Of a DNA stretch of 64,000 nt, positions 35,201 to 47,728 are shown one piece after another; position 1 is the stretch's first letter; each line of letters begins with the position of its first letter. The notes under the pieces are model-generated. The model was given only the letters and a program-made list of their open reading frames with translations. It was not told the DNA's origin and did no database searches. The translations under genes and the position numbers were made by a program. The DNA comes from Selaginella moellendorffii (taxonomy: Eukaryota; Plantae; Lycopodiophyta), in NCBI RefSeq assembly GCF_000143415.4, contig NW_003314270.1, positions 1,357,048 to 1,421,047 on the forward strand, written 5' to 3'.

Positions 35201-37725
35201 CCTTGGTCACACCCCAGGGGACTGCTCCTCTTCCTTTCCACAGTTTGGGCCTTTGGGACGACATTTCGGAACACCGTGGCCTTATGCGAACCACCTGGGT
35301 ACTCTCCCCACCTATCGCCTTTAGGTGCTCTAGCCATGGGCTTAGAGCGAGGTTCCATTGAGCCACGCCTGGTATCCAAGTAGGTAGTGCCACCCACACT
35401 TGGACTGGGAGCATCGGCTAGTCGATCTCCCGGGGGAACTAGAGCCGGCTCTTGAACACTTCACCAAGCTACCCCGCTTGTCGGTCTGTGTTCACTCTAG
35501 TCTTGGACTTCCCAGTGGGCAGCTCATCACCCAACACTGGGTCCGGCCTTCCTGGGCCAAACTGGCCTTTCCTGGCCAAACTGGCTCCACTGCAGTCCTC
35601 CCCCTACTATACTTTTGGAGCTCACCAAACCCCCCAGGGTCTGGGAGACGAACGCTTTGGGCTTTCACCCTCTCAGGCTCCGGACTCGGACTCGGACTTG
35701 GACTCGGACTCGAACTCGGACTCGGACTCGGATTCGGACTCGGATTCGGACTCGGACTTGGGCTCGGGCTCGGTCTCGGCCTCGGCCTCGGTCTCGGTCT
35801 CGGTCCCGATCTCGATCTCGGTCTCGGTCTCGGTCCCGGTCTCGGTCCCGGTCTCGGTCTCGACTTCGGACTCCATCTCGGACTCCATCTCGGACTCCAT
35901 CTCGGACTCCATCTCGGACTCCATCTCGGGTCCATCTCGGGTCCATCTCGGACTCCATCTCAGACTCCATCTCGGGTCCATCTCGGACTCCATCTCGGAC
36001 TCCATTTCGGGTCCATCTCAGGTCCACCTCGGACTCCATCTCGGACTCCATCTCGGACTCCATCTCGGGTCCATCTCGGACTCCACTTCGGATTCCAACT
36101 CGGGTCCATCTCGGGTCCACCTCGGACTCCATCTCGGACTCCATCTCGGGTCCATCTCGGACTCCACTTCGGACTCCAACTCGGGTCCATCTCGGGTCCA
36201 CCTCGGACTCCACTTCGGACTCCATCTCGGACTCCATTTCGGACTCTAACTAGAGTCCATCTCGGACACTCCCACATGTCATGTGTTGGTCCTTTTGGGT
36301 CCCTTTTTGGAGCCTCACCTTTTGCTCGCTTCGTGCTCGTTCCTCGAGCACTTTGTTGGGAGTTCCACTCCCGCTCTTGACTTTTCAAGTCGGAGCTTTT
36401 GGTCCAAATGTGTTACGCTCGTTTGGCTCTCGCTTCGGCCACTACCATGTGGCGCCCTTCCGGCTCCACTTTGGGGTCTAGGGATTTTGTGTCTCACATT
36501 AGTGTCTTGGTTGAGGATATGCCACACTTTCACGAGTGCTTATCATCCACAGTTAAACAATTTGGTGGAATGACATGTTCAGACATTCAAAGGGATGATC
36601 ATAAAATACGTAAACTTTCAATATTCAAATTAGGATGGTTATTTACCATTTCTTTAGTATGCATATGTCACAGGGGTGTAAAGTTCTATTGGTGCTTCAC
36701 CATATAAACTCCTATATAGTTATGATTCAATATTACCAACAGAGTTGGGTTTACCTTCATGATTGTTACGAGTGGTTGATACTAGGTCATGGGATCAATA
36801 TTTGACAAGTATTCTTCCATTTGTTTGAGTAGATTTTGCTAAACATTTAGGCCGCGTATAAATGGGACAACAATGGCACTACAACTCTTATCATCATCCA
36901 CCTACGGAGTATAAATTTGATGACTTGGTGTTAGTCTATTTTCTCTATCTTACGGTTCATCTAAAGGACTCTTTGCTCAGTGGAAAGGACCATATCAGGT
37001 GTTGTGGCAAATTAGACCACAAGCTTATAAGGTTCAATATGATGTCCAGTAGGCTAATCCTCTAGAAATTATATATGTACGACGGTTGAAACATTTGGTA
37101 CAAAGAGATCAGGAACAACTGATACCACATATAGATCCACCAATACCTTCTTTTAATATTCCTCCAGATCCCGGCCCGTCTATTAAAGAACCTAATAGTC
37201 TTCCATTATTTCGAGAGGAGGAGATGATGTGAGGTCCAAGTGTATAGTTATGATGCTATATGCTAATATTAGCGTATGTTAGGAATCCCCCAATTCTTGC
37301 CACATTCCTGACTCTCACCAAATTCTTGACCTACAGACCATATTCCTGACTCTTGAGACACTTCCCTATTCCTGACTCTTTGATTTCCTGTACGATCCTT
37401 GAGTCTCGAGCCACATTCCTAATGATGATGTGGTGCCTCCTCGACCTCAGCTATGTTTAAGTCGTCCTCAATCCAAGAGTGGTGGAGCTTCATCAACCTA
37501 TAGTATATATAGGTTACCCTTGTTCCATTTCTCCACAATCTAAATTAAGGCCTTTTCTTCGTTTCCACTAACTTTTCTCTTTGTCTTCTGCATTTTCCAG
37601 TCTTGATTTTGTTAGGGGTCTTGACAGTTTGATTCATATTGTGGTTTTTCATTTTTTGCTTTAGCTAATTTTGATTGTTTGACTGCCTTTGCCTTTTTTC
37701 CCCCTTTTTTCTTTCTTCTTTGCCG

Positions 37726-39110
37726 ATGGAATCTCCAAGCCATCTTGATTTCTTTGCCAAAGTCCTTCCAAAAATCCAGTATGAGAATACCGAGTTGAAG
37801 GCAACCCTTCTTCACATGCAGCAGGAGCTTGCTTCACTTTTAGCTCAAGGATCCAGCAAAGTTCCTGAACCAAAGGTGAGTTTTCCGGCGAAATTTTCAG
37901 GCAAGTGTTCGGAGCTTCGTAGATTCTTGAACCAGATGGAGCTAATCTTCGCACTTCAACATCGGCGGTACCCCACTCCCGAGTTTCAAATCAGTGCGAT
38001 TGGGACATTGCTCGAAGGTGCAGCTTTGTCATGGTTTTCTCCTCTCCAGGGGTTGTGGTTCCGGAGCTGATGGATCTTCAATTGTTCAAAGAGAAGCCCG
38101 AAGCATGTTTTGGTGAGATGGATCAGGTTCGGGCTGCCACCACAAAGATGAGATGTCTCTCTCAGGGGTCTCGTCCTGCCTCGATCTATGCTACAGAGTT
38201 CCAACTCCTTGCCTTGGACACACAGTGGGATGAACAGGCCCTGATTGATCAATTTCGTTTCAGCCTTAACAACGGTGTCAAGGATTTGTTGCTCACCATA
38301 GAGGATCCCACGGACTTGTCAGACACCATCAACAAAGCTGTTCAATGCAACACTTGTCTCTTTGAATGTTGTCAGGAAAGTTGCCGCATCACCGTTTTCC
38401 CGTCCCAGACTCAAGAATCCCAGCTTGAGTCTTCAGGGCATACTCCTAAACCTACTACTCTGGTCCCAATGGATATTTTTGGTACTCCCCGATTCATCAG
38501 AGGGAAGTTGAGTCCTGCTGAGAAGCAACGTCGGATATCTCATAATCTTTGCCTCTACTGTGTTGATCCTAATCACAAAGCAGCTGTGTGTCCCAAGAAG
38601 CCTCCCTGACTTCTCGAGTTCACTTTACCCCAAAGTCCACCTCTATTGTAGTTGGGAAACGACCTGTCCAAATAGAGTAGGAGCTATTTGTTTGGACTCC
38701 CCAAATAAAAATCACTTTTCTTCTTTATCAAGCTCCTCACCACCTTTCATCAAAGCCACTACCAATTCCCGCAACTTTCGCGTCCCATGTCTCCTTTCTT
38801 TCACCGGGCAATCAGAACTCAATGCTCTAGTGCTATTGGACTTGGGTGCAACTTCCTACTTCATGGACGCAGACTTTGCTGCTTGACATCATGTTCCTCT
38901 TTCTCCTACCATACAGGATCTGAGGGTTGAAGGCATCGGCAGGCATTTTGTGTATCCATTTTCTGGACTTAGGGAAATGTTTCCTGTTCGAGTACACATC
39001 AGGTCCACCGTCACCGATATCACCTTCAACATCATCAGCAGCAAGTCCTCCTCTGTGGTGCTCGGCCTTCCTTGGTTCCAACTACATCAGCCTTAGATCT
39101 GTTGGAAGGA
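37726..39110 (+). pseudogene. Gag (Ty3-type capsid + degenerate CCHC knuckle) and aspartic protease of element C, frameshifted
   Basis: PEPKVSFPAKFSG, LLEGAALSWF, LSQGSRPASIYATEF, PMDI, LSPAEKQRR..NLCLYC...HKAAVCP; protease motif LLDLGATSYFMD. Confidence 0.9.
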
Positions 39111-39349
39111 GTTATACCTCGTCTCTCCCACATCACCATCTCCCATGGCTTCCCCCCAATTCTTGCCACATTCCTAACTCTCACCGGATTCCTGATCTGC
39201 AGACCATATTCCTGACTCTCGAGACACTTCTTTATTCCTGACTCTCGAGACACTTCTCTATTCCTGACTCTCGAGACACTTCCCTATTCCTAACTCTCTG
39301 ATTTCCCGTACGATCTCTAAGTCTTGAGCCACATTCCTGATGATGATAT

Positions 39350-42300
39350 TGTAAGCGATTAAATTTTCCATTCTACTTTAGTCACTTAACCACACCTCTA
39401 ACCAGTTGGAAGAGTCTCATTCACAACCTCCATAAGTCCAATTCAAGACTTGGGACTTGCTAGCCCTAAGAGTGGCATCCATGCCACTCCACCCTTGCAC
39501 CTGGTCCAAGTGCTCCACGTGTCCGATCCCATGGCCGACACTCAAAAGTACCACCGACATAGCAGCCTGTTACGCTAAGGCCATGCCCAATCACCTTTGC
39601 CACACTGGTAGTCCAATACCACTTACAACATAGTCTTGTCTCTCCAAGACTGAGCCAACCATCCGTGAGTGGTCATCCCAGATCCACTCTTTAGCATCCT
39701 TAGGATGCCCACCGACAAGGGGAACAGCCTTCCCCAATATCCCTCTGTCTGTCCCCACTAAGTCCCTTTCTGCCCTTGGCCGTGTTTGCCAACACTGCCA
39801 CTGGATCAAGGCCCACATGCCTGACCACTAAGTCCCATGGTCCTCTGGGATTTCCTCACCACGTGACCATATCCTTGGCCACCACACCAAAGGACTGCTC
39901 CTTTTCCTTTCCACAGTCTGGGACTTTGGGACAATACTTCGGAACACCATGGCCTTACGCGAGCCACCTGGGTACTCTCCCCGCCTTCCGCCTTTGGGTG
40001 CTCTAGCCATGGGCTTAGAGCAAGGTTCCGTTGAGCCACGCCTAGTATCCAAGTAAGTAGTGCCACCCACACTTGGATTGGGAGCATCGGCCAGTCGATC
40101 TCCCAGGGGAACTAAAGCCGGCTCTTGAACACTTCACCAAGCTACCCCGCTTGTCGGTCCGTATCCACTCTAGTCTTGGACTTCCTAGTGGTCAGTTTAT
40201 CACCTAACACTGGGTCTGGCCTTCTTGGGCCAAACTGGCCTTTCCTGGCCAAACTGGCTCCACTGCAGTCCTCCCCCTTACTATACTTTTGGAGCTCACC
40301 AAACCCCCCAGGGTCTGGGAGACAAACGCTTTGGGCTTTCACCCTCTCAGACTCGAACTGGGACTCGAACTGGGACTCGGACTCGAATTCAGACTCGGAC
40401 TCGGACTCGGACTCGGACTTGGACTTGGGCTTGGTCTCGGCCTCGGCATCGGTCTCGGTCTCGGTCCCGGTCTCGGTCTCGGTCTTGGTCCCGGTCTCGG
40501 TCTCGGTCTCGGTCTCGACTTTGGACTCCATCTCGGGTCCATCTCGGACTCCACCTCTGGTCCATCTCGGACTCCATCTCAGGTCCATCTCGAACTCCAT
40601 CTTGGTCCATCTCAGACTCCATGTCGGGTCCATCTCGGACTCCATCTCGGTCCATCTCAGACTCCATCTCGAGTCCATCTCGGACTCCATCTCGGTCCAA
40701 TTTGGACTCCACCTTGGACTCCACCTCGGACTCCATCTCGGACTCCATCTCAGACTCTGTCTCGGACTCTGTCTCGGTCCATCTCAGACTCCATCTCGGA
40801 CTCCAACTCGGGTCCATCTCGGACTCCATCTCAGACACTTCCACGTGTCATGTGTTGGTCCTTTTGGGTCCCTTTTTGGAGCCTCGCTTATTGCTCGCTT
40901 CGTGCTTGTTCCTCGAGCACTTTGTTGGGAGTTCCACTCCCGCTCTCGACCTTTCAAGTCGAAGCTTTTAGTCCAAACGTGTTACGCTTGTTTGGCTTTT
41001 GCTTCGGCCACTACCACGTGGCACCCTTCTGGCTCCACTTTGGGGCCTAGGGATTTTGTGTCTCACAACTCCACCACCCATAGACAAAGTTCGATGTCCT
41101 CATCGAATGGTAAACCCTTTTATAAAGTAACACCCGTAGGTATTACCATTTCCATCCTTGGCGCCCAGCCAATATTTGTCTATGGTTTGACCCCAAATGC
41201 TCACCATGCCTTGTCCATCCTCTAAGGAGCATAGTCTCTCCAACATAGAGACTCACTCGACCACCTAGGGTGGTTTGCTCCCTTTTATTGGTTCAGTTCT
41301 CGCTAAACTTGTTAGAGACATCGTCTCTAACTCACTTCCACTACTCATTCTCGAGTAGTCTCAAATTCCATTGACATAACCTCTACACTTTGGAACTTTT
41401 ATTTTTGACTTCTCCGAGTCAATTTCCTAGGTGTCTCCGACACCTTACGTTGCACATGGTGCAACTCCACTTCCCTATCCTAGGAAGTTCTTTACTTGAG
41501 GGTATCATCATCCTCTCTTCAATATCATGCCACCTTTGGGCACTAGGTTCCAGTTATCATCCTTTGTGCTAGGGCTGTCCATGGCCCTATCATTTGGCTA
41601 CTTCCCTTTGGAACATCCACTTTTGCCAAATCGGAGTAGTTGGGAATCCATCCTTGGGGAAATATTGCCTTTCCCACAATTCGTTAGCACCCAACACATT
41701 AGTGTTCTCGGCCTAACTTTGCCATTTGGATTCTTTCCCATGATTCCCATGGCTCTTTTCTTAGCCATTAGCTTTTTGCCCCTATCCTTGATTGTTGCCC
41801 CCAGCAACATAGGATCGCTACCTCCATTTTTGAGGTTTCCTTTCAGTTCCATAGCAAACACTTTGTTTTGCCAAGTCCAGAGGGTGTTCACCCCTAGTAC
41901 GTCTCTTTAACATTTTCTATTGTGGGCTCTATCATGGCCCAACTTTTTGAGACCCTCCCTTGAATCTCTTATAGAGACTACTTTCCTTGGATTTATTATG
42001 CCATAGCATTGACATAGCTCATTTCCCTTAGGTGTTTTTCCCACTTGGTCACCTTGACCAAACCACACCTTTATCAATAGTTCAAATCAACACTTTGAAC
42101 TAGGAATCATATTCTTTAACCCAAAAAAATACTTTGTCCTTGTTTAGCCACAAGATCACCTAGTGATTTCATCTTGACCCCTTAATAAGTCTATCAATAG
42201 GAACTAAGTCTTCCAGACCCTTTTAAGTTGTTGACTATAACCCCGGGGGCATCCCCCACATTTGGCGGTGCGCCCAAGCCAGCCCTTCCGGCCAAGGATC

Positions 42301-45300
42301 CATAGCAATTGAGACTTGGGTGTCCCTATCTCATTCACCACGTCCTTGGTGCCCTTTGCACCAAAGTGTTCAAGTTAGATATGCCGAGCTTTCACTCTAA
42401 GCAATCTAACCGTGCATCACGACTCCGAGGCATCCCTCGCTTGGCGGTGTGCCCAAACCAGTCTCCCCACTGAGAGTCCATGACCACCGAAATATGAGTG
42501 TCCTCATATTCCAAACCATCACCACGCCCTAGTGATTTGGGACTCGAACCCAAGCACTAGAGGGTCGGGACTCGAACCCAACCTCCGTATATGCATCTAC
42601 GGACGGCATCACACTAGATGCCTGGCGTGACTCCCCACGTCGGTGCACCAACCTATTTTTAAAGCGCGCTACAGATCATAGTTTAGGAACCTAGTTCCTC
42701 CACATTGCTTAGTCCTTTCACTTGACAAGTCTGTGATCATGCATGGACTCCTCCATGCTTGGCCCCATGGCCCACCTTTTTTGAAGTTATCACCTTCAAC
42801 TAGGGTATTTGTTCCCCCGACTTGCCAATCTCACTTGGCAAGTCCTCCGACCACTGTAACATGGTTCCTGCATAAGCGTGGAAGTCCTTGACCATTGACT
42901 TTCGTTCAAAGCCCTCTCTTTGAACACTCGGGAATTACTTCCCTAACCTTGATAGCCTTGCCTCATGGCAAGCTTCAAGACCCCGCTTCTACTGTGCCAC
43001 TCTGATTTTGCGCGTTCCATGAACCATTTACACTTGGCCTTTCTAAGTACTAAGCTACCTAGAATCGTCTTTAGGAACTTTTGAAGGAACTCTGTCCCTT
43101 AGCTTGCTAAGGCCTCCCTTTACACAAGCTTTCTAGTTGCCATATAGTCTAACATGGACGACTCTTCATAGCATCACGGTTGCTAGCAACAATACCCTCG
43201 AGCCCCCACTTGATTCTCCACTCCCAGCTAGCATAACCAAACTTGGTTATGCCCTTCGATTCTTATGGTTCGGTTCTATCCCCTTACTACTTGCTTTTTG
43301 GCTTCACAACCTTCCTTCGGTTATTCGCCTCCAAACTAAGAGGATAGCTTTGCACTTTCTACCATGCCTTAGCAAGTATTCTTGGGGATGAACCTACCCA
43401 ACAGCCTAAGGAGTGGTTCCTCAATCCATGCATGCTCACCTTATAATCTCACACATCGGGATTAACGTTGTTGCTTATGGGCCCTTACATGCCCATCACT
43501 AGCTTTGCCAAAATTTCATTTTTGGCTTTGTCCAATTTGGGTAGATAGTCTTCTCCTATCTCCGCAACCTTGGACATTTGGATAGCACCTTCTATCCATC
43601 ATTTGCGAGGAACTTAGTCCCTTGGGCCTTATCTATTGCCCTTGCAACACTAAACACCACCTCCTGGTGTTCCAAAGTGTTTGGGTGTCCCAATGATAGT
43701 CTCCTTGACAATGAGCATTTCCTTTTATGACATTGACTCACTATATCGCAACATAAACAATTTATCCCTCGTAAGGGTATATCTAACTTCTTTATGCCAT
43801 TTAGAAGTTTTGGGTAGCTACCTTTTACCCATTTAACGAATTATCTTTACACCTCTTGCTTAATTGCCCTATAGTTGTCAAGTTCTACAACTCATTGCTT
43901 AGTGCTTCCATACCTTCATCATTATCTGGGTCACCACACTCTAACCGCATGCCTTCCAGCTTAGGCCATGCCATTCCCACTTCTATTGGGATTCTCTTGG
44001 CAAGGGGTTCTTATAAACCCACCATCATAACCTCAAGGGATCACACCTTGGCACATTTGGTGTCTCCATACCATCGGCTCCACGAGCTTACCTCTGTGAC
44101 ACTTCTTACTTGTGTCTAGGTCTTTGCCAAGTCTAAAGTAGTCATTTTTCATGCCAACTATCAATTAGCACTACACCATAGTGCACACACAACTCTATGC
44201 CAAAGTTGCTTTCTTTTTAGGGAACACCTTTCCCACAACTTTAGCATGGCACATTCTGCTATCGATGAGATACCCTCTGTTCTCATCCTTAGATCCTATA
44301 ATCCCCCCCATCCTTCGTGGGGTACAACACACCTCAGTCCAAATGCTTCTATCAGTCCTTTAGGACCATTCCTTGACTCTACTTGAGTCATCCAGCAGTT
44401 TTGGATTTGGTTAATCCACGGACCCATAAGGTCCTACTTGTCAGGCACCAGCTCATTGGAATACAACTTCTTGCATTCATGTCCCACTCACAAGGACTAT
44501 TTTCACAAGTGTTACTCTGACATTTGATTTTGTTCTCTGGGGCAACCTTTGCCCCTTAGGACTACTTGTCCATGTGATGAGAATTCCAACTCATCTCTAA
44601 GTACACCCCCCAACTCTTTGGGTTGTTCCAGCATTTATTAGAGGTAGCCCCGGCTACTATTTCAAGGACTGGTGTCCTCTTTTGTATTTGACCTCCCACG
44701 GTCAACAATTCTGGTCTCAAATTTATGAGTACTAGCCTCAACCATATAAAGGTAATCTTGTGACTCCTTTATTGTTTTGGAGTCTGCATCTTTCCCGTGA
44801 TCCCAACTATAGTTGTTTACCACAACTACATTAGCTCGTTTGCTAAGTCAAACGCTTATTTGGATCACATCCTCAACTTTCTAAGGAAACTTTTATATTG
44901 TTCCCAAGATCCCAAAGTCATTCCCTTACTGGCCCCTTTTCTATTCACCACATCACGCCCACGCATGAACTTGAGTGGAGAGCCGTGTCCTCTCGACATG
45001 CTACTCCTCAAGGATAGGCCCACTCCTAGGACCTTCCAATGCCAATGTCAATGGTGATATACTTGAACACCAATAAAAGTCGGACTAAGGAACAGCTCCG
45101 ATACCAAGTTGTAATCGATTAAATTTTCCATTCTACTTTAGTCACTTAACCACACCTCTGACCACTTAGAGGAGTCTCATTCACAACCTCCATAAGTCTA
45201 ATTCAGGACTTGGGACTTGCTAGCCCCAAGAGTGGCATCCATGCCATTCCACCCTTGCACCTGGTCCAAGTGCTCTACATGTCCGATCCCATGGCCGACA

Positions 45301-46238
45301 CTCAAAGGTACCACCAACATAGCAGCCTGTTATGCTAAGGCCATGCCCAATCACCTTTGCCACACTGGTAGTCCAATACCACTTGCAACACAGTCTTGTC
45401 TCTCCAAGACTGAGCCAACCATCCGTGAGTGGTCATCCCAGATCCACTCCTTAGCATCCTTAGGATGCCCACCGACAAGGGGAATAGCCTTCCCCAATAT
45501 CCCTCTGTCTGTCCCCACTAAGTCCCTTTCTGCCCTTGGCCGTGTTTGCCAACACTGCCACTGGACCGAGGCCCACAGGCCTAACCACTAAGTCCCATGG
45601 TCCTCTGGGACTTCCTCACCACATGACCGTATCCTTGGCCACCACACCAAAGGACTGCTCCTTTTCCTTTCCACAGTCTAGGACTTTGGGACAATACTTC
45701 GGAACACCGTGGCCTTACGCGAGCCATCTGGGTATTCTCCCCGCCTTCCGCCTTTGGGTGCTCTAGCCATGGGCTTAGAGCGAGGTTCCGTTGAGCCATG
45801 CCTGGTATCCAAGTAGGTAGTGCCACCCACACTTGGACTGGGAGCATTGGCCAGTCGATCTCCCGGGGGAACTAGAGCCGGCTCTTGAACACTTCACCAA
45901 GCTACCCCGTTTGTCGATCCATATTCACTCTAGTCTTGGACTTCCTAGTGGTCAGTTCATCACCCAACACTAGGTCTGGCCTTCCTGGGCCAAACTGGCT
46001 TCACTGCAGTCCTCCCCCTTACTATACTTTTGGAGCTCACCAAACCCTCCAGGGTCTGGGAGACGAACGCTTTGGGCTTTCACCCTCTCAGACTTGAACT
46101 CGGACTCGGACTCGGACTCGGACTCGGACTCGAATTCGGACTCGGACTCGGACTTGGACTTGGACTTGGACTTGGGCTTGGTCTCGGCCTCAGCCTTGGT
46201 CTCGGTCTCGGTCCCGGTCTCGGTCTCGATCTTGGTCC

Positions 46239-46270
<32 letters not shown>

Positions 46271-46958
46271 ACTTCGGACTCCATCTCGGGTCTATCTCGG
46301 ACTCCACCTCTGGTCCATCTCGGACTCCATCTTGGGTCCATCTCGGTCCATCCCAGACTCCATCTCGGGTCCATCTCGGACTCCATCTCGGTCCATCTCG
46401 GACTCCATCTCGGGTCCATCTCGGACTCCATCTCGGTCCATCTCGGACTCCATCTCGGGTCCATCTCGGTCCAATTGGGACTCCATCTCGGACTCCACCT
46501 CGGACTCCATCTCGGACTCCATCTCGGACTCCGTCTCGGTCTATCTCGGACTCCATCTCGGGTCTATCTCAGACTCCATCTCGGTCCAACTTGGACTCCA
46601 TCTCGGACTCCACCTCGGACTCCATCTTGGACTCCATCTCGGAGTCCACCTCGGACTCCATCTCGGACTCCGTCTCGGACTCCATCTCGGACTCCAACTC
46701 GGGTCCATCTTAAACTCCATCTCGGACACTTCCACGTATCATGTGTTGGTCCTTTTGGGTCCCTTTTTGGAGCCTCGCTTATTACTCGCTTCGTGCTTGT
46801 TCCTCAAGCACTTTGTTGGGAGTTCCATTCCCGCTCTCGACCTTTCAAGTCGGAGCTTTTAGTCCAAACGTGTTACGCTCGTTTGGCTTTCGCTTCGGCC
46901 ACTACCACGTGGCACCCTTCCGGCTCCACTTTGGGGCCTAAGGATTTTGTGTCTCACA
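39350..46958 (-). mobile_element. Full-length non-autonomous LTR element D (same family as B), 7609 bp; LTRs 39350-41067 and 45110-46958; TSD GATAT
   Basis: GATAT at 39345-39349 and 46959-46963. Same PBS (GCTCCGATACCA on +) and PPT as B. Interior collinear with B. Confidence 0.95.
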
Positions 46959-47728
46959 GATATGGCACCTCCTCGACCTCAGTTATATTTAGGTCGTTTT
47001 AGATCCAAGAGTGGTGGAGCTTCATCAACCTATAGTATATATAAGTTAGCCTTGTTCCATTTCTCCACAATTTGAATTAACACCAGTTAAAGGCCTCTTC
47101 TTTATTTCCACTAGCTTTTCTCTTTATCTTCTGCATTTTCCAGTCTTGATTTTGTTGGGGGTCTTGACAGCGTAGTGGGATTTTGGTAGCTATTAGATTG
47201 GTTTTAATTCAGACCACTCACTCCTATATATAAATTAGAATTTTTGGGCTAATTGATATGCATATTTTTTGTATTCCCTTTTATATTCCATGCACTCACA
47301 TATAAAAATAAGAGAAATCTAGATAATATAAAAAGCTAAATCTTTTAAAAAAGCATAAATCTAAACATTCTTTAGGGGCAATTAAAGCTACTACTAATTG
47401 AAATACAATAATATACCTATAAAAACAAGTGGTCTCTATTGAAATTAATTTGATAGCTATCAAAATCCCACTACACTAATAATAATATATAATATTGTAA
47501 TTGTACACTTCTAAATTCATTAATTTTTTCAATGTTTTTTATTGTTTTAAATTGATGAAACATTGAATAGTCTAAATCTCTAAATATATATCCCTTGAGA
47601 TATCAAAGACATTTTAGTGTAACTATATCATATATGTCTTTGATTAGTTGAAGTGTAATAGAGATATTCTTTGTATTTATAAATATTTTTTGGATTATTT
47701 TTTTATTATTAATTTGATCAAAAGTTTT

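Larger units (their letters stand above)
28824..36498 (-). mobile_element. Full-length non-autonomous LTR element B (LARD-like), 7675 bp; LTRs 28824-30618 and 34678-36498; TSD TTAGT
   Basis: TG...CA LTRs. TTAGT at 28819-28823 and 36499-36503. Minus-strand PBS TGGTATCGGAGC (tRNA-Met) next to 34678 and PPT GGGTGGTGGAGT next to 30618. The ~4 kb interior has no recognisable gag or pol. Confidence 0.95.
28159..37227 (+). mobile_element. Ty3/Gypsy integrase relic (host element A): 28159-28823 + 36504-37227, interrupted by element B
   Basis: H..H...C..C-type zinc region, PFEFVVFNLMGPFP, YIIIAFDNLTRWVE and RILLDNNPAF, resuming after the TSD with TSAYHPQ, SPYKLLY and WKGPY. Purine tract GAGAGGAGGAGA at ~37213-37224 precedes TGT. 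Multiple stops; no chromodomain seen. Confidence 0.9.
37277..47169 (+). mobile_element. Deleted Ty3/Gypsy (chromovirus/Tcn1-like) element C: 5' LTR 37277-37626, gag-protease, 3' LTR ~39150-39349 + 46964-47169; TSD GCGTA
   Basis: TG...CA ends with GCGTA at 37272-37276 and 47170-47174. LTR sequence is repeated on both sides of element D. RT, RNase H and integrase are absent. Confidence 0.92.
37228..47520. repeat. ~380-bp fold-back element (37228-37276 + 47175-47520) split by element C; either the palindromic 3' LTR of element A or a MITE
   Basis: The rejoined left end AGTGTATAGTTATGATGC...TAGCGTAGTGGGATTTTGGTAGCTATTAGATT...AGACCACT is the imperfect reverse complement of ~47410-47510 (AGTGGTCT...AATTTGATAGCTATCAAAATCCCACTACACTAATA...TACACT). 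Confidence 0.7.

Noticed and set aside
39336-39349. CTGATGA in the element C LTR as a retrozyme hammerhead
   Set aside because: No stem II or GAAA follows after rejoining the LTR, and the motif is not kept in the 5' LTR.
42535-42630. tRNA gene suggested by the GGTTCGAGTCCC motifs
   Set aside because: No canonical acceptor stem, D-arm or anticodon geometry, and two T-like arms occur in tandem. Reported instead as part of a structured RNA.
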